Shown here: positions 41,844 to 49,679 of the stretch, in pieces | Layout of the letters: each line of letters starts with the position of its first letter | Position numbering within the stretch: position 1 is the stretch's first letter | Source: Phycisphaeraceae bacterium | Lineage (GTDB): Bacteria > Planctomycetota > Phycisphaerae > Phycisphaerales > Phycisphaeraceae | Reading direction: 5' to 3' | Assembly: GCA_040222855.1 (NCBI GenBank) | Contig: JAVKCD010000019.1 | Span: 230,912-294,911 of the forward strand | Length of the DNA: 64,000 nucleotides | Notes under the pieces: model-generated | The model's database searches: none | Told to the model about the DNA's origin: nothing | Seen by the model: only the letters and a program-made list of their open reading frames with translations | Translations under genes and position numbers: made by a program

Positions 41844-43313
41844 TTATCCCACGACCGCGGCGCCGACCACGGCGGGGAGGCTCAGGGTGAAGGTGCTGCC
41901 CTCGCCGGTAATCGAGGTGACGGTGATGTCCCCGCCATGGAGGCGTGCGATGTCCCGGGCGAGGCCCAGGCCGAGTCCGGTGCCGGTGATGCCCTTGGTG
42001 CGTGCATCGTCGGTGCGGAAGAAGCGATCGAAGATGCGCGGCAGGTTCTCTTCGCTGATACCGATGCCGGTGTCGACGACACGGACGGAGAGTTTGCCGT
42101 CGGCGACATCGGCTTCGACGGTGACGGTGCCAGACTCGGGTGTGTACTTGATGGCGTTGCCGACGAGGTTGTGGATGGCCATGAGGAGCTTGTCCTGATC
42201 GCCGGTGAGATTAGGAAGCCTTGGAGGGAGATCGAAGCGGAGGGTTTGCTTCTTGGATTCGGCCTGAGGTCGATGGTCCTTCTCGACCTGTTGGAGGATC
42301 TTTTCGAGGTGGACATCATCGCGGCGCAGGCTCATGGCACCGGCTTCGATCTCGGAAACCGAGAGCATGTCCTGGACGACCCGCTCGAGGCGGCCGGACT
42401 CGGTGTTGATGACGTTGAGGCACTCGCTGCGGGTTGCGGGGTCTTTGTCGCCGTGCTCGATCGCGGTGTCGATGTGCAGTCGGATGTTAGTCAGCGGGGT
42501 GCGTAGCTCGTGGGCGGCTTGGGCGAGGAAGGCGCTGTGGGCTTCCTGAGCGACGCGTTGCTGGGTGATGTCTTCGATGATGACGATGGCGGCTTCGTTG
42601 TCGGATCGTCGGGACGGGCGGGTGATAAAGCGGAGGACGCCGGTGCCGCCTTCTTCGCGCTGATCGACTTCCATGATGCCCCGGCTGTAGCCGCGACTGA
42701 GTGTTGCCCTGCGGGCGGCATCGAGTACGCCCTCGTAGGTGATCAACTCGGCCAGGGGTGTTCCGGTGCAGCCTTCGGCGTCTTTCTGTAGGAAGGCGGC
42801 GGCAGCGCCGTTGGCGTAGGTGACGCGGAGCTCATCGTTGATGAGGACCATCCCGCTTTCGATGGCTTCGCAGGCGGCACGGAGCGACCCGCCAGCGGCT
42901 TGGCGGCGGTCGGTTTGCTGCTGTGCCTCGTGAACGAGTTTGCCGCTGCGGAGTGCCTGGTACTCATCCAGGAGGCGGTTCCAGTTTTGCGCCTCGCGTC
43001 CAAAGGATTCGCCGAGTCGGAGTGTTTCGGTTTCGAGGTCATCGCCATCGAGGTCGGCGAGGGCTTTTCTCAGGAGTGCGGGGGCGAGGAGGTGCCTGCG
43101 TATGAGCAGAAGGCTCGTGGCTAAGCCCGCGAGTGCTAACCCGCCCAGGGCGGCGGGCATCCAGGCGCTGGTGCTGAACCAGCCCCAGGTGAGAGCGGCG
43201 ATCAGGACCAGCAAGCTGGCGATGGTGCTGATGATCGCAGCGGGCGGCTCGCCGGGCAGTAGCCAGCGTCCGAATAAATCTCCCAGGTTCTCTCGTCGGC
43301 CCTTGTGTGCCAC
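41844..43313 (-). CDS. Membrane sensor histidine kinase with a PAS domain
   Basis: Two N-terminal TMs, a PAS-like segment (IESGMVLINDELRVTYANGAAAAFL), the H-box AAHELRTPLT, the N-box LVGNAIKYT, and the G-boxes DTGIGI and GTGLGLGL. Confidence 0.9.
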   Translation of the reverse strand: MAHKGRRENLGDLFGRWLLPGEPPAAIISTIASLLVLIAALTWGWFSTSAWMPAALGGLALAGLATSLLLIRRHLLAPALLRKALADLDGDDLETETLRLGESFGREAQNWNRLLDEYQALRSGKLVHEAQQQTDRRQAAGGSLRAACEAIESGMVLINDELRVTYANGAAAAFLQKDAEGCTGTPLAELITYEGVLDAARRATLSRGYSRGIMEVDQREEGGTGVLRFITRPSRRSDNEAAIVIIEDITQQRVAQEAHSAFLAQAAHELRTPLTNIRLHIDTAIEHGDKDPATRSECLNVINTESGRLERVVQDMLSVSEIEAGAMSLRRDDVHLEKILQQVEKDHRPQAESKKQTLRFDLPPRLPNLTGDQDKLLMAIHNLVGNAIKYTPESGTVTVEADVADGKLSVRVVDTGIGISEENLPRIFDRFFRTDDARTKGITGTGLGLGLARDIARLHGGDITVTSITGEGSTFTLSLPAVVGAAVVG

Positions 43314-43547
43314 AGGGCATACCTCCTACAGGTCATGTCCTGAGCATCATCGACCCAAGTTCAAGGGTGCTTAATGGCCAGGCCAGTTATGCAGGACGAC
43401 TCGTAGAGGGAACCTGATCGAGAGAAAAGTTACAGGTGGACCTTAAGCGGTCAGGTTGAGCGGACGATCCTGAGCTAGCCGGGGGTAGGAAACTGCGAGT
43501 TGCAGTCCTTCCGGTGTGAAGTAGGGAACCGTTCGACTAGGAGCTAG

Positions 43548-43994
43548 ATGATGTTCAGGTACCGTGCGGGATTCAGTCTGATTGAACTGATTGTGGTGCT
43601 GGTGATTCTCGCGGTGATCGCGGCGATTGCGATCCCGAGGATGAGTCGAGGTGCGAACAACGCAGACATCACAGCGATGCAGGCTGACCTCGCGGTGCTG
43701 CGAGGAGCGATCGAGCTCTACCGTGTTGAGCACACCGGGTACCCGGTACTGGCGGACATCAAGTCTCAGCTCACGGGCAAGACGGACAAGGACGGGACGA
43801 TCAACACGTCGGGTGCTTATGGCCCATACATCGCGGTGATCCCGCCTCTGAAGACGGGAGCCAAGGCCGGCGAGGTTGATTTCGCGGCCCCGGCGGCGAT
43901 CCCGCCTGCGGCTGAGGTCGATGATGTCGGCTGGTTGTACGACGCGGCGTCGGGCTCGATCTGGGCGAATGACAGTACTCACTTCGATAAGTGA
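43548..43994 (+). CDS. gspG: Major pseudopilin (GspG-like) with a prepilin-type N-terminus
   Basis: AGGAG Shine-Dalgarno; FRYRAGFSLIELIVVLVILAVIAAIAIP...MQADLAVLRGAIELYRVEHTGYP. Confidence 0.85.
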   Translation: MMFRYRAGFSLIELIVVLVILAVIAAIAIPRMSRGANNADITAMQADLAVLRGAIELYRVEHTGYPVLADIKSQLTGKTDKDGTINTSGAYGPYIAVIPPLKTGAKAGEVDFAAPAAIPPAAEVDDVGWLYDAASGSIWANDSTHFDK

Positions 43995-44039
43995 TCCGGG
44001 CTTCCGGATCGCCTAACGGGGCGGACAGGGAGCGTAACC

Positions 44040-44531
44040 ATGGATGGTTTGACGGCCTCGATGCAGCGTGAGACCCGGAGTTCGCTCCGAGCCTTCACGC
44101 TCATCGAGGCCGTTTGCGTGCTGGTGATTATGGCGGCGCTGGTGGGTGTGGCTGCTCCACGGTACGCGGCGTCGCTGGAGCGGTATCGGTTGGATCTCGC
44201 GGCGCGGCGGATCGTGAGTGATCTGGCGTACGCCAAGACTCATGCACGCAGGACCAGCACCACCGTGAAGCTGACCTTTGATACGAGCACGGACCGGGTC
44301 CTGGGCACAGGCTTGCCTCAACCGGGCAAGCCAGGGGAGAGCTACAGCCTGTCGCTCGGAGATGATCCGTTTCTGGTGGGCTTCTCAGGGGTTGATCTGG
44401 GCGGGGACGTGGCGATTGTGTTCAATGGTTATGGGGACCCGGACTCGGGTGGTCAGATCAAGCTGATCGCGGGGAGCCGAGAGTTGATCATCGACGTGGA
44501 CCCCACGACGGGCCAGGGGGTAATCCAGTGA
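44040..44531 (+). CDS. Minor pseudopilin, GspH/FimT-like
   Basis: RAFTLIEAVCVLVIMAALVGVAAPRY...LDLAARRIVSDLAYAKTHA pattern of the GspH family. Confidence 0.7.
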   Translation: MDGLTASMQRETRSSLRAFTLIEAVCVLVIMAALVGVAAPRYAASLERYRLDLAARRIVSDLAYAKTHARRTSTTVKLTFDTSTDRVLGTGLPQPGKPGESYSLSLGDDPFLVGFSGVDLGGDVAIVFNGYGDPDSGGQIKLIAGSRELIIDVDPTTGQGVIQ

Positions 44532-44995
44532 GTTGTCGGTATCGTCGCGGACTGACGCTGATTGAGCTGATGCTGTCGTTGTCGATCGCCGGTCTGCTGG
44601 TGGCGGGGATGACGGCGTCGCTGACGTTGTCGATCGATGCTGCGGAGATGGCGACGATCGACTCGGCGGGTCCGGATCAGGCGGCGAGGGCGCTGGAACT
44701 GGTGCTGGCTGATCTTCAGCAGTCGATCCGGCTTGATGAGTATGGCAGCCAAGTATTCCTGATGACGCCTGATCGGACTGTGCCTGCGGACGGGTTGTCT
44801 GAGTCGGTGCTCTACCTCTGGTCGGGAACGGCTGGTGACTCACTGACGCGGGTCACCAACAACGGGACGACAGCGACGATCGCTGAGGACGTGAATCTGT
44901 TTGAGATCGAGATCGACACGCGGACGATCCCGGCCAAGGCGGTGACGGACACGGCCAACCCGCTGTCGTGGGGCTATTTCTTTACTGTTCGTTAG
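44528..44995 (+). CDS. Minor pseudopilin (GspJ/PulJ-like)
   Basis: RRGLTLIELMLSLSIAGLLVAGMTASL prepilin-type N-terminus; 4-nt overlap with the upstream gene. Confidence 0.65.
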   Translation: MSCRYRRGLTLIELMLSLSIAGLLVAGMTASLTLSIDAAEMATIDSAGPDQAARALELVLADLQQSIRLDEYGSQVFLMTPDRTVPADGLSESVLYLWSGTAGDSLTRVTNNGTTATIAEDVNLFEIEIDTRTIPAKAVTDTANPLSWGYFFTVR

Positions 44996-45003
44996 GGTCG
45001 AGG

Positions 45004-46176
45004 ATGAATACGCCAGCCAGCTTGGATGAGCGACGCGAGCCACGCCGTAGGCCTCGGGCGGGGCGAGGGTTCACGCTGGTGGAGACGATTCTGGCGGCGG
45101 TGATCGTGAGCCTGACGGTGGTGGCTGCGCTGTCGTCGGTGGCTGCGGTGGCTCGGACCGAGCGGATCGGTCTGGACTCGGCGCAGGGTCACTTCCTGGC
45201 TCAGTTGCTGATGTCTGAGGTTCTCGCTTGCCATTATTCGGACTTGAGCTTTGCTCCGGGGAGCTTCGGGCTGGGTGCGGGTGAGAGCCAGAGCGATCGG
45301 ACGACGCTCGATGATATTGATGACTACCACGGCCTAGTGGAGTCGCCGGTGACGTATGCCGACGGCACGGCGGTACCGGGTGCAGCGGGATGGAGCCGGC
45401 GTGTCTCGGTGACTCGGGTCAATGGGAGTACCTTGGGACTGAGCGGGAGTGACACGGGGTTGCGGAAGATCGTGGTGCAAGCGGTGTCGCCGTCGGGGGC
45501 GGTGACTGAGCTGCAAGCACTGATGAACCTCAACTCGAATCTCAGCGAGAGGGGGTTGTATGAGCGCACGGTGCCGGCGGTGGCTCGTGTCCGGGTCCGA
45601 TCGGGCGACGCGAACAAGCTGACGCTGGCTGCGGCGCTGCCGCTGCTGAACGAGCCGACTGCAACCACCAACCTGCTGAAGAACCCGGGATGGGAATCGG
45701 GTGCGAGCAACTGGTATTCGCCGGAGACTTTGCAGGCGTACTTCGACCTCAACGGGATCACGGTGTCGGGCGGGTTGTATCGGGAGGTTGATGCCGCGTG
45801 CGATCTTGAGATCAAGGACGATGGTGAAGAGCATAGCGGGGCCTTCTACCTGAAAACCAAGAGCAGGTCATGGAACGATACTGGGCCTGCCCAGGTGATT
45901 ACCGACGTGTTTCAGGTCGGGGTGACGTACTACACGGAGGTCTGGGCATCGACGGACGACACGCAACGGGTCTATATGGTGCTGCTCTATGGCGACGACA
46001 AAGGGGACTACCGGCTGGAGACATCACAAACGCGTGTGGTCGAGAAGACAGGCTGGAAACGGGTGACGGGCAGTTTTACGGTTCCGAGTATCACGGGGAG
46101 TCTGCGGTACGCGGTCTGGCGGGTTGAGACGACGCTTGACAAAGACATCTTGTTCGATGATGCGGTGCTGCGATGA
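45004..46176 (+). CDS. Minor pseudopilin fused to a C-terminal CBM4/9-like carbohydrate-binding module
   Basis: Start at ATG 45004. GRGFTLVETILAAVIVSLTVVAALSSV prepilin-type N-terminus with a GspI-like body. From ~aa 222 it reads NLLKNPGWESGASNWYS...GAFYLKTKSR...VGVTYYTEVWAS...GWKRVTGSFTVP...ILFDDAVLR, the typical CBM_4_9 sequence pattern. Confidence 0.7.
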   Translation: MNTPASLDERREPRRRPRAGRGFTLVETILAAVIVSLTVVAALSSVAAVARTERIGLDSAQGHFLAQLLMSEVLACHYSDLSFAPGSFGLGAGESQSDRTTLDDIDDYHGLVESPVTYADGTAVPGAAGWSRRVSVTRVNGSTLGLSGSDTGLRKIVVQAVSPSGAVTELQALMNLNSNLSERGLYERTVPAVARVRVRSGDANKLTLAAALPLLNEPTATTNLLKNPGWESGASNWYSPETLQAYFDLNGITVSGGLYREVDAACDLEIKDDGEEHSGAFYLKTKSRSWNDTGPAQVITDVFQVGVTYYTEVWASTDDTQRVYMVLLYGDDKGDYRLETSQTRVVEKTGWKRVTGSFTVPSITGSLRYAVWRVETTLDKDILFDDAVLR

Positions 46177-47498
46177 GTGGTCCTGCCCCCCTGCTGAGGA
46201 AGTCTGCGTTGCCGCACCCCTGCGCGAGGCGTGGGGCGGTGTACATCCTGGTGATGATGGTGGCGGCGCTGGTGGCGGCGTTGGGGGTGGCGGCGGTTGG
46301 GAGCGCACGGCTGGGGCTCAAGAGTTCGGACGCGACGGCACGAGCCGGGAGCGCGCGGCTGCTGGCGTTGTCGGGGCTGGAGCAGGCAAGGTGGTTCATC
46401 GATCAGACCGTGGCGATTGAGGCTTCGGGCGGGGCGAGTTGGCGGAGCAGCTTCACCTCGGGTGCCTGGGTCTCAGACCGGACGATGGGTGAGGGGACAT
46501 TCACCTGGCGGCTGGTGGATGAGGATGGTGATCTTGAGGACGATCCTTCGGAGGCGTTCACGATCGAGGCGATCGGCACGATCGGGGAGAACCGGCACCT
46601 GATGAGCGTGCGGATGACGCCCGGCGAGAGTGATGAGCCGATCTCGGCGTTGAACGCGGCGGTCACGGTGGGCGGGAACATCCGTGTCGAGGATGACGTC
46701 TGGCGATCGGGATACACCATGCACGCCAACGGCAACTTCACGGCGAATAACAAGGACGTTCGACCGCAAGCAACCGCGAGCGGCAATATCTTTGGGAATA
46801 TTTTCTATGGCGGGGCCGCGAGCAACCAGACGGCGCTGACGATGCCTGATCCATCGAGCGTTTTTGATTTCTATATCGCGCACGGGACGGATATCCCGCG
46901 AACCTCACTGCCGATCTCAGGCGGGGCGCGGACGATCAAGGACCGGGTGCTGAGCCCGGCGTCGAACCCGTTCGGGAGCATCAACAGCCTGGGCATCTAT
47001 GTGATCGATCTGGAGAACCTCGACAAGATCTCGATCGAGGACAGCCGGATCGTCGGGACGCTGGTGGTGCTGAACAGCGCGGATGGTTCGGAGGTGGTCG
47101 AGACCGTGACCTGGGAGCCTGCCGTGTCGAACTATCCGGCGCTGATGGTGAAAGGGAACTTTGAACTGAGGTTCAGCAGTGACTCGACTCTGTCGGAGGG
47201 CCTGACCAAGAACTACAACCCTCCGGGCACACCTTATCGGGGCATCAGTGACATTCTCCCCCTGGGGTCATTTCCGTCGGTGCTGCGTGGGCTGGTGTAT
47301 GTGTCAGGAAATCTGACGATTGAGAACAACGACTGCTACACGGAGGGTCGATTCATCGTGGGCGGGGATCTGCTGGTAGATCGTGACTGGTATCACTACG
47401 CGTTGGCGCTCTGGCGGAACGACCCGCCGCCGGGCTTCAGGACGATGACGGGGCCGCCGGTGATGGTTCCCGGGAGTTTCACGCAGCAAATCGATTAA
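46173..47498 (+). CDS. GspK / PilX-N-terminal-like large minor pseudopilin
   Basis: RRGAVYILVMMVAALVAALGVAAVGSARLGLKSS....ARLLALSGLEQA matches the PilX_N/GspK N-terminal pattern. It is followed by a ~350-aa domain of unknown fold. Its start overlaps the upstream stop by 4 nt. Confidence 0.5.
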   Translation: MSGPAPLLRKSALPHPCARRGAVYILVMMVAALVAALGVAAVGSARLGLKSSDATARAGSARLLALSGLEQARWFIDQTVAIEASGGASWRSSFTSGAWVSDRTMGEGTFTWRLVDEDGDLEDDPSEAFTIEAIGTIGENRHLMSVRMTPGESDEPISALNAAVTVGGNIRVEDDVWRSGYTMHANGNFTANNKDVRPQATASGNIFGNIFYGGAASNQTALTMPDPSSVFDFYIAHGTDIPRTSLPISGGARTIKDRVLSPASNPFGSINSLGIYVIDLENLDKISIEDSRIVGTLVVLNSADGSEVVETVTWEPAVSNYPALMVKGNFELRFSSDSTLSEGLTKNYNPPGTPYRGISDILPLGSFPSVLRGLVYVSGNLTIENNDCYTEGRFIVGGDLLVDRDWYHYALALWRNDPPPGFRTMTGPPVMVPGSFTQQID

Positions 47499-49039
47499 GC
47501 GGCCTGGGGTACGGTCTCGAAGTCGCTGAGGCTCTTGTGCTCGTCGAGCATCATGTCATAAGGACGCAGGTCAATCCGGAGGAAAGCCTTGGCCATATCG
47601 GGGTCGAACTGGCTGCCCGCACAGCGTTCGATTTCCGCGATCACCTTCTCCCGATCCAAGGCGGCGCGATAAGAGCGGGTGGAGCTCATCGCGTCGAAGG
47701 TGTCGGCGAGGGCGAGGATGCGGCCATAGAGCGGGATGCTGTCACCCGTGAGGCCCTGGGGGTAACCGCGGCCGTCGTAGCGTTCGTGATGCGTGAGCAC
47801 GCCGTCGCGGACATCATCCAGTGGCGGGACGTCCTTGAGGATGCGGTAGCCGATCTCGGGGTGCTTCTTGATCTGCTCGAACTCCTCGTCGTCGAGACGG
47901 CCGTTCTTGAGGAGCACGCGTTCGGGGACGCCGATCTTGCCCACATCGTGCACCAAACCGGCGATGCGCACGCGCTCGGCCTCGTGCTCGGAGAGCCCGA
48001 TCTTCCGGGCGATCTGCTGGGAGATCAGTGCGACACGTTCGGAGTGACCGCGGGTGTAGGGGTCCTTGGCGTCCAGCGAGGCGGTGAGCGCCTTGAGGGT
48101 GCCGATGAACATCGCCTCCTGCTCGGCGAAGCGTGCGAGGTTCTCGTGATAGGTCCCGAGAAACTCGCTGGTGGCGTCGAAGAACTGCACCTCGACGCTG
48201 GAGACGTCTTCCTCATCACCCTTCCGGTTGCCCGCTGCGATGATCCCGACCACGTCGTCATCGTGATGGATCGGTTCGGCGAGGATGACGGTGTTGGCCA
48301 GCTCGGCCAGAGGGTGGGTGTCGGGGTCGAGGACCCGGCTCCATGAGTCGGCTTTGATCGAGTCCACGGTCTGCGTGAGTCGCTCGCGGAACTGCTCATG
48401 GTCACAGCCCATCTCGCCCGCGATGATCTGAAAGCCCGCCAGCTGGGGCACGGACGACTTGGTGCTGAATGCTAGCGCCACCCAGTCAAACGGCTGGATC
48501 GACAGGATCTGCCGTACCATGGCTTCGAGACTCTGGCGGGGTTCCTCGGTGGCGTTGAGCATCCGGGAGACGCGGTAGATCAATCGGGTTTCTTCGTAAG
48601 ACTGGATGAGCTTGCTGCTGAACTCGTCCATCGCCTCGATGTCGCTGAGGGATTCGGCCTGATCTTCGTAGAGCCATCCAAGCAGCGTGGAGAGTCTTGC
48701 GTTGTCGGGGGGATGGGTGCTGAGGAGTCGTTCCGCAGACGGGTCGATCGCCAGGCTCTTGTGGATTCGCTGGTCGAGGGCCACGGCGACCAGGGGTTTC
48801 GCGGCGTCTTGTCCGATCAGGAAGAGCGTGCAGCCGGGCCGGGGTTCGATGGTGCGCTGTGTGTCACCGGCCTGCCATCCGGTGATGGCTTCTTGGACAA
48901 AGACATCCAGTGAGTCCGGGAGAACGATGTCATCTGGCTCAGGCCAGAGACGCTGGGCGGCTTGATCACGAGCGGACCAGAGCGCGAGGCCCAGGGTGGA
49001 GCATCGTTCAATCAAGGTGTCGAGCATCATCTCGTGCAT
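47495..49039 (-). CDS. GAF-domain HD-GYP phosphodiesterase (c-di-GMP hydrolase family)
   Basis: HSERVALISQQIA...LVHDVGKIGVP...KKHPEIG...HHERYDGRGYPQGL are the HD and GYP motifs, with a GAF-like region upstream. The start is ATG 49037-49039 (MHEMML), 13 nt after the receiver gene's stop. Confidence 0.85.
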   Translation of the reverse strand: MHEMMLDTLIERCSTLGLALWSARDQAAQRLWPEPDDIVLPDSLDVFVQEAITGWQAGDTQRTIEPRPGCTLFLIGQDAAKPLVAVALDQRIHKSLAIDPSAERLLSTHPPDNARLSTLLGWLYEDQAESLSDIEAMDEFSSKLIQSYEETRLIYRVSRMLNATEEPRQSLEAMVRQILSIQPFDWVALAFSTKSSVPQLAGFQIIAGEMGCDHEQFRERLTQTVDSIKADSWSRVLDPDTHPLAELANTVILAEPIHHDDDVVGIIAAGNRKGDEEDVSSVEVQFFDATSEFLGTYHENLARFAEQEAMFIGTLKALTASLDAKDPYTRGHSERVALISQQIARKIGLSEHEAERVRIAGLVHDVGKIGVPERVLLKNGRLDDEEFEQIKKHPEIGYRILKDVPPLDDVRDGVLTHHERYDGRGYPQGLTGDSIPLYGRILALADTFDAMSSTRSYRAALDREKVIAEIERCAGSQFDPDMAKAFLRIDLRPYDMMLDEHKSLSDFETVPQAA

Positions 49040-49052
49040 CGGCGGTCCATCA

Positions 49053-49451
49053 TCAGGCCGCGGCGGCGGCCGAGCCTTCTTCCAGCCCCAGGGTCTCGCG
49101 GACTGCGGCATCGAGTTCCGAGCCGCTGAGGGGTTTATCCAGCAGCGTGCGGATGTTGGTTGAGACCATCTCGCTGTGGGAGAGCCGGTGGCTCCGGGCC
49201 GTCAGCATGATGACCGGGGTCTCGGCGGTGGCCTCTTCCTGCGCTAAAGCAACAGCTAGCTCGAGCCCGCTCATCAGCGGCATCTGGTAATCCGAGACCA
49301 CCAGCGAGGGTCGCTCGGCACGGATCAGATCCAGGGCCTCTTTTCCGTTGAACGCGGTCAAGACCTCCAGCCCGAGCTGCTTGAGCCGGAAGGCCAGGAT
49401 CTTGGTGATGTGCCGCTCGTCATCAACGACAATGACCTTGTGTGAAGCCAC
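49053..49451 (-). CDS. Stand-alone response-regulator receiver (CheY-like)
   Basis: KVIVVDDE...LVVSDYQMPLMSGLEL...PVIMLTA...K, i.e. the acidic pocket, phospho-acceptor Asp, and conserved Thr/Lys positions. Confidence 0.88.
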   Translation of the reverse strand: MASHKVIVVDDERHITKILAFRLKQLGLEVLTAFNGKEALDLIRAERPSLVVSDYQMPLMSGLELAVALAQEEATAETPVIMLTARSHRLSHSEMVSTNIRTLLDKPLSGSELDAAVRETLGLEEGSAAAAA

Positions 49452-49679
49452 GGGATCCTCCTGCAGTGAGCTCCACGATCAGGCCGTTGAGTACGGATAG
49501 CTCATGCTTTAACGGTTTCGGGCTGACGGGGCGACGACTCAAGAGCGAATCCACGAGCGTGCCATGATCCTCCTGGAATGCAGCGAGAACTCCGTTTGTA
49601 GCGATTGTGACGATGACATCCTTCAGAGTGGTTTACCTTAACTCTGGCTTCACGCTCAGTGGATTGATCCGTCCAAGGG

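Noticed and set aside
43314-43547. Sigma-54 (-24/-12) promoter in the divergent region between the kinase operon and the pseudopilin operon
   Set aside because: TGGCC...TGCA-like strings are present (around 43376-43395), but the GG-to-GC spacing is 8 or 13 nt instead of 10. No enhancer-binding protein is encoded nearby.
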